Assembly: GCA_963705725.1 (NCBI GenBank)
Contig: CAVPKM010000016.1
Span: 1-64,000, forward strand
DNA from: an uncultured Gammaproteobacteria bacterium
GTDB taxonomy: Bacteria; Pseudomonadota; Gammaproteobacteria; UBA6002
Length of the DNA: 64,000 bases
Direction: 5' to 3'
The notes below the pieces were generated by a model. It saw nothing but the letters and a program-made list of their open reading frames with translations, was not told where the DNA came from and made no database searches. The translations under genes were made by a program, and so were the position numbers. Below are positions 29,750-38,782 of the stretch, in pieces (position 1 is the first letter of the stretch; every line of letters starts with the position of its first letter).

Positions 29750-31492
29750 GTGTCACCTGCTCCCAAAAAAACTTTCTCAAAAGTTAATATGACGGCCTTG
29801 TCTTATCCTAATTATTGGGATGTGGGAGCTGTTTTGTTTGTTTTGGGCATTATTGTTTTGATCTGTTGGGGCGTGAAGCAAATGACCATGCCTTATCAAT
29901 TGGGTCAGACCATCGCTATCTCGCTCAGCCCAAGTTATCTTCCTTATTATGCCCTGCGTTCCGTGTTGCGCATGTTAATTGCCATGGTTTTTTCATTGAT
30001 TTTTACCTTTATTTTTGGAACGCTTGCGGCAAAAAACAAACATGCAGCACGCTTGATCATACCGTTAATCGATATTTTACAATCCGTTCCGGTCTTAGCT
30101 TTTTTATCCATTGTCATCGTGGGTTTTATTACACTTTTTCCTGGAAGCCTAATGGGGCCTGAATTTGCAGCAATTTTCGCCATTTTTACTTCACAGGTTT
30201 GGAATATTGCCTTGAGCTTTTATCAAAGTTTGCGAACTGTTCCTCACGATTTAACAGAAATCATTTCCATGTTTCATCTTTCTTTCTGGCAACGATTTTG
30301 GCGATTAGATGTTCCCTTTGCCATGCCGGGCTTGCTGTGGAATATCATGGTTTCGATGTCAGCAAGTTGGTTTTTTGTCGTTGCAGCCGAATCCATTACC
30401 GTGGCAAATCAAAATATTATGCTGCCTGGCATTGGTTCTTATATTGCATTAGCAGTACTAAAAGCCGATAAATGGGGGGTGATTTACGCCATTATTGCTA
30501 TGTTAATTGTGATTTTACTCTACGACCAACTCTTATTTAGACCACTGAACCAATGGTCTGATCGTTTTAAATTCGAACAAGAATCAGAGAATCAGGAATC
30601 AGGAGCCTTACTGGTTCATTTTTTCGAACACACTCGATTAATCAGGAAAATCGGGGGGTTTTTGACAAAATTTTGGAATGGATTTGTTAACATTCAACTT
30701 TTCCAAATGAGCGATACAAAACCCAGACAACCCAATTACTGGTGGCAAAAAAAATTTATTACATTTTGGTATCTCGCTGTAGGGTTAGGTTTAATTGCCT
30801 CCACCTACTTATTAATCAATTTTGTATTCACCTACGTTTCAATGCATGAAACCCTTCATGTTTTTTATCTCGGACTTCTTACCGGCACAAGAGTGATGGT
30901 CTTGCTTGTATTATGTTCCGTAATTTGGGTACCCATCGGGGTTTGGATAGGATTGCGACGAAAATGGGTAAATTTTTTTCAACCCATTATCCAAATTTTA
31001 GCGGCTTTTCCAGCTAATTTATTTTTTCCTATTGTGGTGATGCTAATCGTCAAATTTCATTTGAATGTTGAAATATGGACCTCTCCCTTAATGATACTCG
31101 GTACCCAGTGGTATATTTTATTCAATATTATTGCAGGCACTAGCGCCCTGCCAAAAGAAATGCTACAAGTTGCAAATAACTTTGATGTAAAGGGCTGGCT
31201 GTGGTGGAAAAAAATTACTCTGCCTGGTATTTTTCCCTATTACGTAACAGGCGCAATTACCGCAGCAGGCGGTGCTTGGAATGCAAGCATCATCGCAGAA
31301 GCCGTCCCTTGGGGAAAAACCAAGCTTCTTGCTACGGGGCTTGGTGCTTATATTACAGAACAAGCCTCAAAAGGAGATTTTCCACGCCTAGCCTTAGGCA
31401 CTGCAGTCATGTGTCTTTTCGTTATTGTGATTAATCGCCTACTTTGGAAACCGCTTTATCATATCGCAGAAGAGCGTTGCAGGATTGAATAA
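29750..31492 (+). CDS. NitT/TauT-family ABC permease with two TM domains
   Basis: DILQSVPVL, FTSQVWN, MSASWFF, AFPANL, GGAWNASI. Confidence 0.85.
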   Translation: MSPAPKKTFSKVNMTALSYPNYWDVGAVLFVLGIIVLICWGVKQMTMPYQLGQTIAISLSPSYLPYYALRSVLRMLIAMVFSLIFTFIFGTLAAKNKHAARLIIPLIDILQSVPVLAFLSIVIVGFITLFPGSLMGPEFAAIFAIFTSQVWNIALSFYQSLRTVPHDLTEIISMFHLSFWQRFWRLDVPFAMPGLLWNIMVSMSASWFFVVAAESITVANQNIMLPGIGSYIALAVLKADKWGVIYAIIAMLIVILLYDQLLFRPLNQWSDRFKFEQESENQESGALLVHFFEHTRLIRKIGGFLTKFWNGFVNIQLFQMSDTKPRQPNYWWQKKFITFWYLAVGLGLIASTYLLINFVFTYVSMHETLHVFYLGLLTGTRVMVLLVLCSVIWVPIGVWIGLRRKWVNFFQPIIQILAAFPANLFFPIVVMLIVKFHLNVEIWTSPLMILGTQWYILFNIIAGTSALPKEMLQVANNFDVKGWLWWKKITLPGIFPYYVTGAITAAGGAWNASIIAEAVPWGKTKLLATGLGAYITEQASKGDFPRLALGTAVMCLFVIVINRLLWKPLYHIAEERCRIE

Positions 31493-32801
31493 AATGCCTG
31501 ATTTTAATAAAAACCTCATTGAAACAGCCGGTGTTAAAAAATCATTTAAAAAAAGTGATCATCAAGACCTGCTGGTACTAGATGATGTAAATTTTATCTT
31601 ACAAGAAAATGAAATCGTCACGCTGCTTGGCAAATCTGGTTCTGGCAAATCTACGTTATTACGCATTATTGCCGGGTTGATTCCTCCAAGCGCGGGGGAT
31701 GTCACCTATAACGGTAAACCCGTTTATGAGCCAGTCAAAGGAATGACAATGGTATTTCAAAGCTTTGCGCTGCTACCATGGCTAACCGTATTACAAAATG
31801 TGGAACTGGGCCTTGAAGCTCAAGGCGTTCCTAAGGCAGAGAGACGCGCTCGCTCTCTAGAGGCAATCGACATTATCGGCCTTGATGGATTTGAATCGGC
31901 CTACCCTAAAGAACTATCGGGCGGGATGAGACAACGCGTTGGGTTTGCAAGAGCGCTCGTGGTTAATCCCACCGTTTTATTAATGGATGAACCTTTTTCT
32001 GCATTAGATGTGCTGACAACTGATAACTTACGAAGCGACCTGCTTGCGATTTGGCAAGGGAAAAAAACCAATATTAAAGGCATTATCTGCGTCACGCATG
32101 ATATCGAAGAAGCCGCTATTTTATCTGATCGAATCCTTATTTTCGGCACCAACCCTGGCTATATTAAGGACGAACTACAAGTTGATCTTCCTCATCCACG
32201 AAACCATCAAGACCCAAGATTTAGAAAGCTGGTTGATGATATTTATACGCTGATGACCACCCCGTCTGCCGATCGAGTCAGTATCACCGGGGCGCGCTAC
32301 AAAACAATTGGGCTCGGTTATCGCTTGCCTGAGGTGGAGATTTCAGAGTTAACTGGATTTTTAGAAGCATTAGATTCCCCAGATTATCAAGACAAAGTCG
32401 ATCTTCCTGAATTGGCAGAAGATTTACAGCTCAATGTCGATGATTTGTTCAACATTACTGAAGCACTAGAAATTATGCGCTTTGTCTATGTTTCGAAAGG
32501 AAATATTGAATTGACTGGGGCCGGCAAACTATTCGCAAAGGCAAATATTCATCGACGCAAGCAAATCTTCGCGGCTCACCTATTAAGCTATGTTCCCTTA
32601 GCAAGACACATTAGACGAGTGCTGGACGAACGCCCAGGCCATATTGCATCAGAAGATCGCTTCTTAACTGAATTAGAAGATTATTTAAGTCAGGATGCTG
32701 CAGAACAAGTATTAAAAATTGTCATTGAATGGGGAAGATATGCCGAAGTCTTTGCCTATGACTACAATACGGGTTTTCTCTCTCTAGAAAATCCTGAATA
32801 A
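31485..32801 (+). CDS. NitT/TauT-family ABC ATP-binding protein with C-terminal AAA-associated domain
   Basis: GKSGSGKS, LSGGMRQR, MDEPF, C-terminal WGRYAE. Confidence 0.9.
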   Translation: MNKMPDFNKNLIETAGVKKSFKKSDHQDLLVLDDVNFILQENEIVTLLGKSGSGKSTLLRIIAGLIPPSAGDVTYNGKPVYEPVKGMTMVFQSFALLPWLTVLQNVELGLEAQGVPKAERRARSLEAIDIIGLDGFESAYPKELSGGMRQRVGFARALVVNPTVLLMDEPFSALDVLTTDNLRSDLLAIWQGKKTNIKGIICVTHDIEEAAILSDRILIFGTNPGYIKDELQVDLPHPRNHQDPRFRKLVDDIYTLMTTPSADRVSITGARYKTIGLGYRLPEVEISELTGFLEALDSPDYQDKVDLPELAEDLQLNVDDLFNITEALEIMRFVYVSKGNIELTGAGKLFAKANIHRRKQIFAAHLLSYVPLARHIRRVLDERPGHIASEDRFLTELEDYLSQDAAEQVLKIVIEWGRYAEVFAYDYNTGFLSLENPE

Positions 32802-32813
32802 GAGGAAGTAAGA

Positions 32814-33683
32814 TTGGAAACATTTGATATCACTAATTGGGATGAGCCACATGACGATGCCCGCAAGCAGCAGGCATTATTGTCCTTAGAAGCGGGAGAA
32901 GTCCTTTACTTACCTAAACTCGCCTTCAATCTTTACCCCCTTGAAAAAAATTATTTAACCGCAAATATCGCTAATCCAAAATCAAAAAATATCAGTTACG
33001 ATGCGAGTATAGGAAATTTACAGGGGGCCATTTGTTCTAAGCAGGATTCTATTCAAATGACGCAGATGATTGAGCGATATGCCGCTTATAGCAAGATGCT
33101 CATTGAAAATTTATTGCCCTATTACCAACCCCACCTGCTGCAAGGGCGGACCAGTTTTCGTCCAGTAGAAATTAAAGATCGCAAGGCCTCCTCTTATCGT
33201 AAAGATGATACCCGCCTTCATGTCGATGCTTTTCCGGCCACTCCTACTCAAGGCAAGCGCATTCTCCGCGTATTCACCAATGTTAATCCGCTTGAACCTC
33301 GCATTTGGAGAATCGGCGCCCCTTTTCATAAAGTACTGGAATATTTTCATCCCAAATTAGCGCCGCCTCTGCCAGGTTTAGCGGCTTTACTACATACATT
33401 AAAAATTACTAAGCAAAAACGAAAAAAGTATGATCACTACCTGTTGCAATTGCATAATGCAATGAAAAAAGACATGGATTATCAACAAAAAGTACCGCAA
33501 ATCGAATTTCATTTTCCACCGCAGAGTACCTGGCTGGCTTTTACCGATCAAGTATCGCACGCAGCCATGAAAGGTAAATTTGCCTTTGAACAAACTTTTT
33601 ATCTCCCCCACCAAGCCTTATTTGAAAAGAAAAAATCCCCCTGTTCCATATTGGAGAAATATATTGGGGATAAAATGTTATAG
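32814..33683 (+). CDS. kdoO: Kdo 3-hydroxylase (KdoO) family
   Basis: RKDDTRLHVDAFP, RILRVFTNVNP, YDHYLLQLH, FTDQVSHAAM, EQTF. Confidence 0.8.
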   Translation: METFDITNWDEPHDDARKQQALLSLEAGEVLYLPKLAFNLYPLEKNYLTANIANPKSKNISYDASIGNLQGAICSKQDSIQMTQMIERYAAYSKMLIENLLPYYQPHLLQGRTSFRPVEIKDRKASSYRKDDTRLHVDAFPATPTQGKRILRVFTNVNPLEPRIWRIGAPFHKVLEYFHPKLAPPLPGLAALLHTLKITKQKRKKYDHYLLQLHNAMKKDMDYQQKVPQIEFHFPPQSTWLAFTDQVSHAAMKGKFAFEQTFYLPHQALFEKKKSPCSILEKYIGDKML

Positions 33684-33729
33684 AATAAAATGATACCTAC
33701 ATATTAGCGTAACACAGGGAGGTCAAATC

Positions 33730-35103
33730 ATGGCGCTGATTGAAACAAGAAATCCTGCAACCGGCAAGCTGATAAAAACTTACGAAGAGATGCCTGAAGA
33801 CCAAATTAATCAAATCATTTCAGATGTTCACCATGAATTTCAAGCGTGGCAGCATTTCGATTTCAAAAAACGCGCTACCCTTATGCACAAAGCCGCTGAA
33901 ATATTACGTCACCATGCTAAAGACTACGCAGAACTGATGATGATTGAAATGGGAAAACCCTTTAAAAGCGGGGTCAATGAAGTTGAAAAATGCGCATGGG
34001 GCTGTGATTTTTTTGCTGAAAATGCAGAAAATTTTCTTGCTTCTGAGTCGGTCTCACTCAATGGCGCAACGAGAAGCTTTATTACTTTTCAACCGCTAGG
34101 AGCGATTCTTGCCATCATGCCTTGGAACTTTCCCTTTTGGCAAGTCTTTCGCTTTGCAGCACCCTCCTTGATGGCAGGGAATGTGGGTTTATTAAAGCAT
34201 TCTCCAAACACAACAGGATGCGCTTTAGCGATAGAAGAAATCTTTCATCAAGCAGGCTTTCCTAAAAATGCGTTTAGGACCTTAATTACCAGCAATGAAG
34301 ATATTGATAAAACTATTCCCAACAAAAAAATTGCTGCGGTAACGTTAACTGGCAGTACCCGTGCCGGCAAAACAGTCGGACAAATCGCTGGTTCTTGCGT
34401 TAAAAAAGTGGTTTTAGAATTAGGGGGAAGCGATCCTTATCTTATTTTAGGTGATGCGAATCTGGATCAAGCAGTCGACATCTGCGTATCGAGCCGCGTA
34501 ACCAATTCAGGTCAAAGCTGCATCGCAGCAAAACGTTTCATTGTGGTTGAAGAAATAAAGGATGAATTTGAGTCACGTTTTGTAGAAAAAATGCGGAAGA
34601 TTAAGATGGGAGATCCGGCAAAGGAAGACACCGATATTGGCCCGCAAGCAAGATTTGATTTAAGAGATGCGCTGCATGAGCAGGTAGTGAAAAGCATTGA
34701 AAAAGGCGCAGCTTGTTTACTTGGCGGAGAAATTCCTCATCTTCCAGGAGCCTACTATCCTCCTACTGTATTAACCAATGTTAAATCCGGCATGCCGGCC
34801 TATCACGAAGAGCTATTTGGCCCTGTTGCTGCCATTATTCCCGTTCTTGATGAAGAAGAAGCCATTACCATCGCCAACGACACCGAGTTTGGTCTCGGCG
34901 CCGCTGTTTTTACCGAGGATCGAGCAAGAGGAGAGCAGATTGCCACTACCCGGTTAAATGCCGGCACTGTCGCCGTGAATAACCTGGTGAAATCTGACCC
35001 TAGAATGCCATTTGGAGGGGTGAAAGAAAGCGGTCATGGTAGGGAGCTTTCCCACTATGGAATCAAGGAATTTGTGAATATTAAAAGCATTATCATTGAG
35101 TAA
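33730..35103 (+). CDS. NAD(P)-dependent succinate-semialdehyde dehydrogenase family
   Basis: IMPWNFPFWQVFR, LELGGSDP, GQSCIAAKR, EELFGP. Confidence 0.9.
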   Translation: MALIETRNPATGKLIKTYEEMPEDQINQIISDVHHEFQAWQHFDFKKRATLMHKAAEILRHHAKDYAELMMIEMGKPFKSGVNEVEKCAWGCDFFAENAENFLASESVSLNGATRSFITFQPLGAILAIMPWNFPFWQVFRFAAPSLMAGNVGLLKHSPNTTGCALAIEEIFHQAGFPKNAFRTLITSNEDIDKTIPNKKIAAVTLTGSTRAGKTVGQIAGSCVKKVVLELGGSDPYLILGDANLDQAVDICVSSRVTNSGQSCIAAKRFIVVEEIKDEFESRFVEKMRKIKMGDPAKEDTDIGPQARFDLRDALHEQVVKSIEKGAACLLGGEIPHLPGAYYPPTVLTNVKSGMPAYHEELFGPVAAIIPVLDEEEAITIANDTEFGLGAAVFTEDRARGEQIATTRLNAGTVAVNNLVKSDPRMPFGGVKESGHGRELSHYGIKEFVNIKSIIIE

Positions 35104-35123
35104 ATCACTTTACAGGGTTGCGA

Positions 35124-35849
35124 ATGCGAATTTCTAGAATTTATTATGAGGACCCCCTGAATTTACATTTAAATATAACATTAAATCAAAAAACCAGTCA
35201 TTACGTCTCTACTGTGCTTCGTCTAAAAGTGGGTGCGGGTATGGTATTATTTAACGGAGATGGCATAGAGTATTTTGCAATTATTCAGGCGATTGAAAAA
35301 AAACAAGTGATGGTTAACATCACCGAGGCAATCAAGAAGCAGAGAGAATCTCCCTTTAACATTCATTTAGGCCAATCACTCTCCCGAAGTGAAAAAATGG
35401 ATTGGGCAATTCAAAAGTCTGTGGAGTTAGGCGTCAATGAGATCAGCCCGCTATTTTCAGATCATTGCGCACGTAAACTTGACACCACACAGTCAAACAA
35501 GAGAAATGATCATTGGCAAAATATTATTATCAGCGCCTGCGAGCAATCAGGTCGATCCACCTTGCCGATTCTCAATCCCCTGCTATCAATCGATGATTGG
35601 TTAAATGAAACCAAGAGTGACCACAAGTTATTTTTTCATCCTGATGCGAAATTTCACCTGGCAGAATTACCCCACATGGATAATGCAATGCTGCTAATTG
35701 GACCTGAGGGAGGACTTTCCACTCGAGAAACGCAACTGGCGCTTAGCCAAGGATTTAAAGCAATTTCACTAGGTCCACGGATTTTACGAACAGAAACTGC
35801 GGCGTTAGCCGCAATCGCAATTTTACAAAATCGTTTCGGAGACCTCTAA
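35124..35849 (+). CDS. rsmE: 16S rRNA m3U1498 methyltransferase
   Basis: HYVSTVLR, QKSVELG, IGPEGG, LGPRILRTETA. Confidence 0.95.
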   Translation: MRISRIYYEDPLNLHLNITLNQKTSHYVSTVLRLKVGAGMVLFNGDGIEYFAIIQAIEKKQVMVNITEAIKKQRESPFNIHLGQSLSRSEKMDWAIQKSVELGVNEISPLFSDHCARKLDTTQSNKRNDHWQNIIISACEQSGRSTLPILNPLLSIDDWLNETKSDHKLFFHPDAKFHLAELPHMDNAMLLIGPEGGLSTRETQLALSQGFKAISLGPRILRTETAALAAIAILQNRFGDL

Positions 35850-36013
35850 CCCAGTCCTTGAGTAGAAATTACTTGAGAAACGACACGTAAGACAGTTTTA
35901 AAATAATTTGTAGGTTTTTTTCTTATTTTTCCTAGTCAAAAAAAGAATATTTTTTGCAACTTATTGTAAATAAATGTTTTTTATTTTTTCATCATGACCG
36001 CTATATTTTATTT

Positions 36014-36184
36014 TTGGATAACGCAGCCTTGTTTAGAAACTATTTTCATTTAGAGTGCCTACATGGATTAAGTCGCATTTCCTCTAAAGAGAATTCTCAA
36101 GGATGCTAGCATAGTGTGATGTGCGCAAGATTTTCAGGCAAGGATTGCCTGGAAGGGCAGCCAATTTTTTTGGTTGCCCTTTTT
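36014..36184 (+). ncRNA. Candidate CsrA-sequestering sRNA (RsmY/RsmZ-like)
   Basis: -10 CTATATT at 36001-36007; five GGA motifs (36016, 36065, 36101, 36142, 36151), two of them (36065, 36142) in hairpin loops, e.g. CAGGCAA-GGA-UUGCCUG; strong intrinsic terminator. Confidence 0.65.
36153..36184 (+). terminator. Rho-independent terminator
   Basis: AAGGGCAGCCAA...TTGGTTGCCCTT with T run on the + strand only. Confidence 0.8.
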
Positions 36185-36189
36185 AATAG

Positions 36190-37011
36190 TTACAGATTTT
36201 TTATTATATGAATAAGCAATCGACTTAAATCATCAGCTGCCGTTTTTGCCCTCGCCAAGACTGCCTCATGCGTGAGGAATTCATCAGACATACCACAGGC
36301 CATGTTGGTAATGACAGATAACGCTAACACTTTTAAATTGCAATGTCTGGCAACAATTACCTCAGGGACAGTAGACATTCCTACCACATCCGCACCTAAT
36401 TGCTTAAATGCTCTGATTTCGGCAGGAGTCTCATAACAAGGGCCTAATGTGGCTAAATAAACACCCGAAGTCATGTCAATGCCGATCATTTTGCCGGTTT
36501 CAATCGCGAGCGCAACTAAGTCCTTATCATAAGCATTCTGCAGTGAAGGGAAGCGAGGACCGAATGATTCATCATTTGACCCAACCAAGGGATTTTGAAA
36601 CTGGAAATTAATATGGTCCTCAATTACTACCAGACTACCTGGTTGCACAGTTTTTCTTAATGAAGCCGCTGCATTAGTTAATATGACTAATTCACAACCT
36701 AAAAGTTTAAGCGTGCGAATATAGGTTAAAATATCTGCATGCGTTTTCCCTTCGTAGTAATGCGCTCGGCCCTGGAGACATACCACAGGTACTCCAGCGA
36801 ATTTCCCTAACAACAGCTTTCCGCTATGTCCTGAAACAGAACAATCTGGGAAACCTGGAATTTCAGAGTAGGAGATAGTCAATTGACAATCTATTTCTCT
36901 TGCGAACTGATCTAACCCCGAACCCAGCACGATGGCAATTTTGGGCGTGATATATCCGTCATAAGCCTTAATAAAACTAGCGGATTGTTCTGATACTTCT
37001 GTTTTTTTCAA
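36190..37011 (-). CDS. Purine-nucleoside phosphorylase (PunA/XapA type)
   Basis: VLGSGL, GRAHYYEG, GPCYETPAE, VGMSTVPE, TNMACG. Confidence 0.92.
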   Translation of the reverse strand: MKKTEVSEQSASFIKAYDGYITPKIAIVLGSGLDQFAREIDCQLTISYSEIPGFPDCSVSGHSGKLLLGKFAGVPVVCLQGRAHYYEGKTHADILTYIRTLKLLGCELVILTNAAASLRKTVQPGSLVVIEDHINFQFQNPLVGSNDESFGPRFPSLQNAYDKDLVALAIETGKMIGIDMTSGVYLATLGPCYETPAEIRAFKQLGADVVGMSTVPEVIVARHCNLKVLALSVITNMACGMSDEFLTHEAVLARAKTAADDLSRLLIHIIKNL

Positions 37012-37119
37012 AATTAGGATCCTTTGCTGAACTATACTAAGGATGATATCACTTTCTGCTAGAGAGACTATATTATGTCTTCTCGGTTACTCTAACAGCT
37101 AAAATAGAGGAGATAACTT

Positions 37120-37572
37120 ATGCGAAATACCTGGATCTTAATTGCAAATGCAAGTGAAGCCCGATTATTTAATGCGGAAAAAACAACAAAAGACATGCAA
37201 CTTGTTCAAGCGTATTCTCATCAGGAAAGTCGAGAAAAAATAGCAAATCTCATTGATGGAGGCAAGGGATCCTACCGAAAAACTCCCTCACCTAAGAGCG
37301 CATATGAAGAACCCACCAATCCCAGGCAAGTGGAGATTGAACGTTTTGCTCATCAGCTAGCCCATAAATTAAATGATGGTCGAAACAAAAATTTATATCG
37401 AAATTTAGTGCTCATTGCTCCCTCTCAGTTTCAAGGGTTATTGAATAAATTTTGTAATCCACATGTTAAAAATTTGATTGTAATTCGCATGGACAAAGAT
37501 TACACAAAATATAAAAAAGAAGAATTATTACATTATCTTGATGGAAAAATACGCATTCGCTATGCCGCTTAA
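37120..37572 (+). CDS. Host-attachment protein family (aeRF1-related fold)
   Basis: TWILIANASEARLF, ERFAHQLA, LVLIAPSQFQGLL, KDYT. Confidence 0.8.
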   Translation: MRNTWILIANASEARLFNAEKTTKDMQLVQAYSHQESREKIANLIDGGKGSYRKTPSPKSAYEEPTNPRQVEIERFAHQLAHKLNDGRNKNLYRNLVLIAPSQFQGLLNKFCNPHVKNLIVIRMDKDYTKYKKEELLHYLDGKIRIRYAA

Positions 37573-37636
37573 CCAAGATGCCGAGTAACTACTCGCCCCA
37601 TTTGGTTGGACAGGCTCTTACCCCGTGAGCAGTTAC

Positions 37637-37665
37637 GATGCCGACGTGTTACTTACGTCGGCATC
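37637..37665. terminator. Perfect 11-bp hairpin between convergent genes
   Basis: GATGCCGACGT-N7-ACGTCGGCATC. Confidence 0.55.
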
Positions 37666-37679
37666 TCATTATATTATTG

Positions 37680-38210
37680 TTACGCTACCGTGATCTGATG
37701 GGCTTGTAGACTATCCCCTGCATTATTCTCTGTAAAACGCACGGTTTTACCGATACTCAGCGTTGAAAACTCGGGTCCGAGCAAGTTGCTTTCACTAAAA
37801 TAATATTCATTCCCCTCCGAGGTTTGGATAAAGCCATAATCTTGAAACAATCGGACAATGACGCCCGTTAAAGGCGGCTGATGGGCTTTAGTATTTCCCC
37901 GCAGCTTTTGTACGTAATCCCCTAATTGACGTTTCATTGCGTTAAACGAATCACGAATCGCCACATACAAATCTTCATTACGATGACTGTTATTATTTAC
38001 TATCAGCACTTCTCCAGGCACATCTACTTCAATGTTCACTTGAAATAACTTTCCTTGATGCTGATTCTTTTGTGTTTCCTCCACAACAACACGGCAATAA
38101 GTGATGCGATTAAAAAATTTTTGCAATTTTTCTGCTTTATTACGAATTTTTGCATCAATTGCTTGAGTATTTTCAATATCACGAATGGTAATCTCTAATG
38201 GTAATTTCAT
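37680..38210 (-). CDS. HPF/RaiA-family ribosome-associated protein fused to a cold-shock domain
   Basis: PLEITIRDI, CRVVVE, EDLYVAIRDSF; C-terminal GVIVRLFQDYGFI...EYYF. Confidence 0.85.
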   Translation of the reverse strand: MKLPLEITIRDIENTQAIDAKIRNKAEKLQKFFNRITYCRVVVEETQKNQHQGKLFQVNIEVDVPGEVLIVNNNSHRNEDLYVAIRDSFNAMKRQLGDYVQKLRGNTKAHQPPLTGVIVRLFQDYGFIQTSEGNEYYFSESNLLGPEFSTLSIGKTVRFTENNAGDSLQAHQITVA

Positions 38211-38237
38211 AGCTACCCCTTAAGAAATTTATTTTAA

Positions 38238-38693
38238 TTAATGTTTGATGATATGCGGATGAACTAATTTTTCAAAATCCTGATAAGACATTTTGATGAG
38301 TTCTTTATGATTGCCAGCGTTAAAAGCAATTTGGTCATCCTGCGTTAAGCCATCTGCAACATAGACATCCATATCATACAAATTACCAAATGGCGGCATG
38401 GCACCAAGCTCGCAATCAGGGAATCGATCTTGAAACTCATATTCGCTTGCCAGCTCTACCTTCTTGCCATCGCACATGGCTTCCAAGGATTTAAGATTGA
38501 CTTTTTGATGGGCTGGTTCTACTACCATAGCAAACTTGCCATCGATCTTAACAATGACAACTTTAGCCATAAACTTTCCTGAAAGATGACAATTCGCAGC
38601 AATTTCAGGAGCCGTATAAGCAGGTGTGTGCTGTATGACAGAGTACCTAACCTGGTTTTTATTGAGAAACGTTTTTAATGATGGGTTCAGCAT
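38238..38693 (-). CDS. YbaK/ProX-family aminoacyl-tRNA deacylase
   Basis: MAKVVIVK, FPDCELGAMPPFG, FNAGNH. Confidence 0.88.
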   Translation of the reverse strand: MLNPSLKTFLNKNQVRYSVIQHTPAYTAPEIAANCHLSGKFMAKVVIVKIDGKFAMVVEPAHQKVNLKSLEAMCDGKKVELASEYEFQDRFPDCELGAMPPFGNLYDMDVYVADGLTQDDQIAFNAGNHKELIKMSYQDFEKLVHPHIIKH

Positions 38694-38782
38694 GGTAGCA
38701 ACCTCCGTTTTATTAGAGAACTACTTAATTCAAAGATATTATAGCTCTTTATTGTGCTATTTTTTTCAAGAAACGCAACCGC

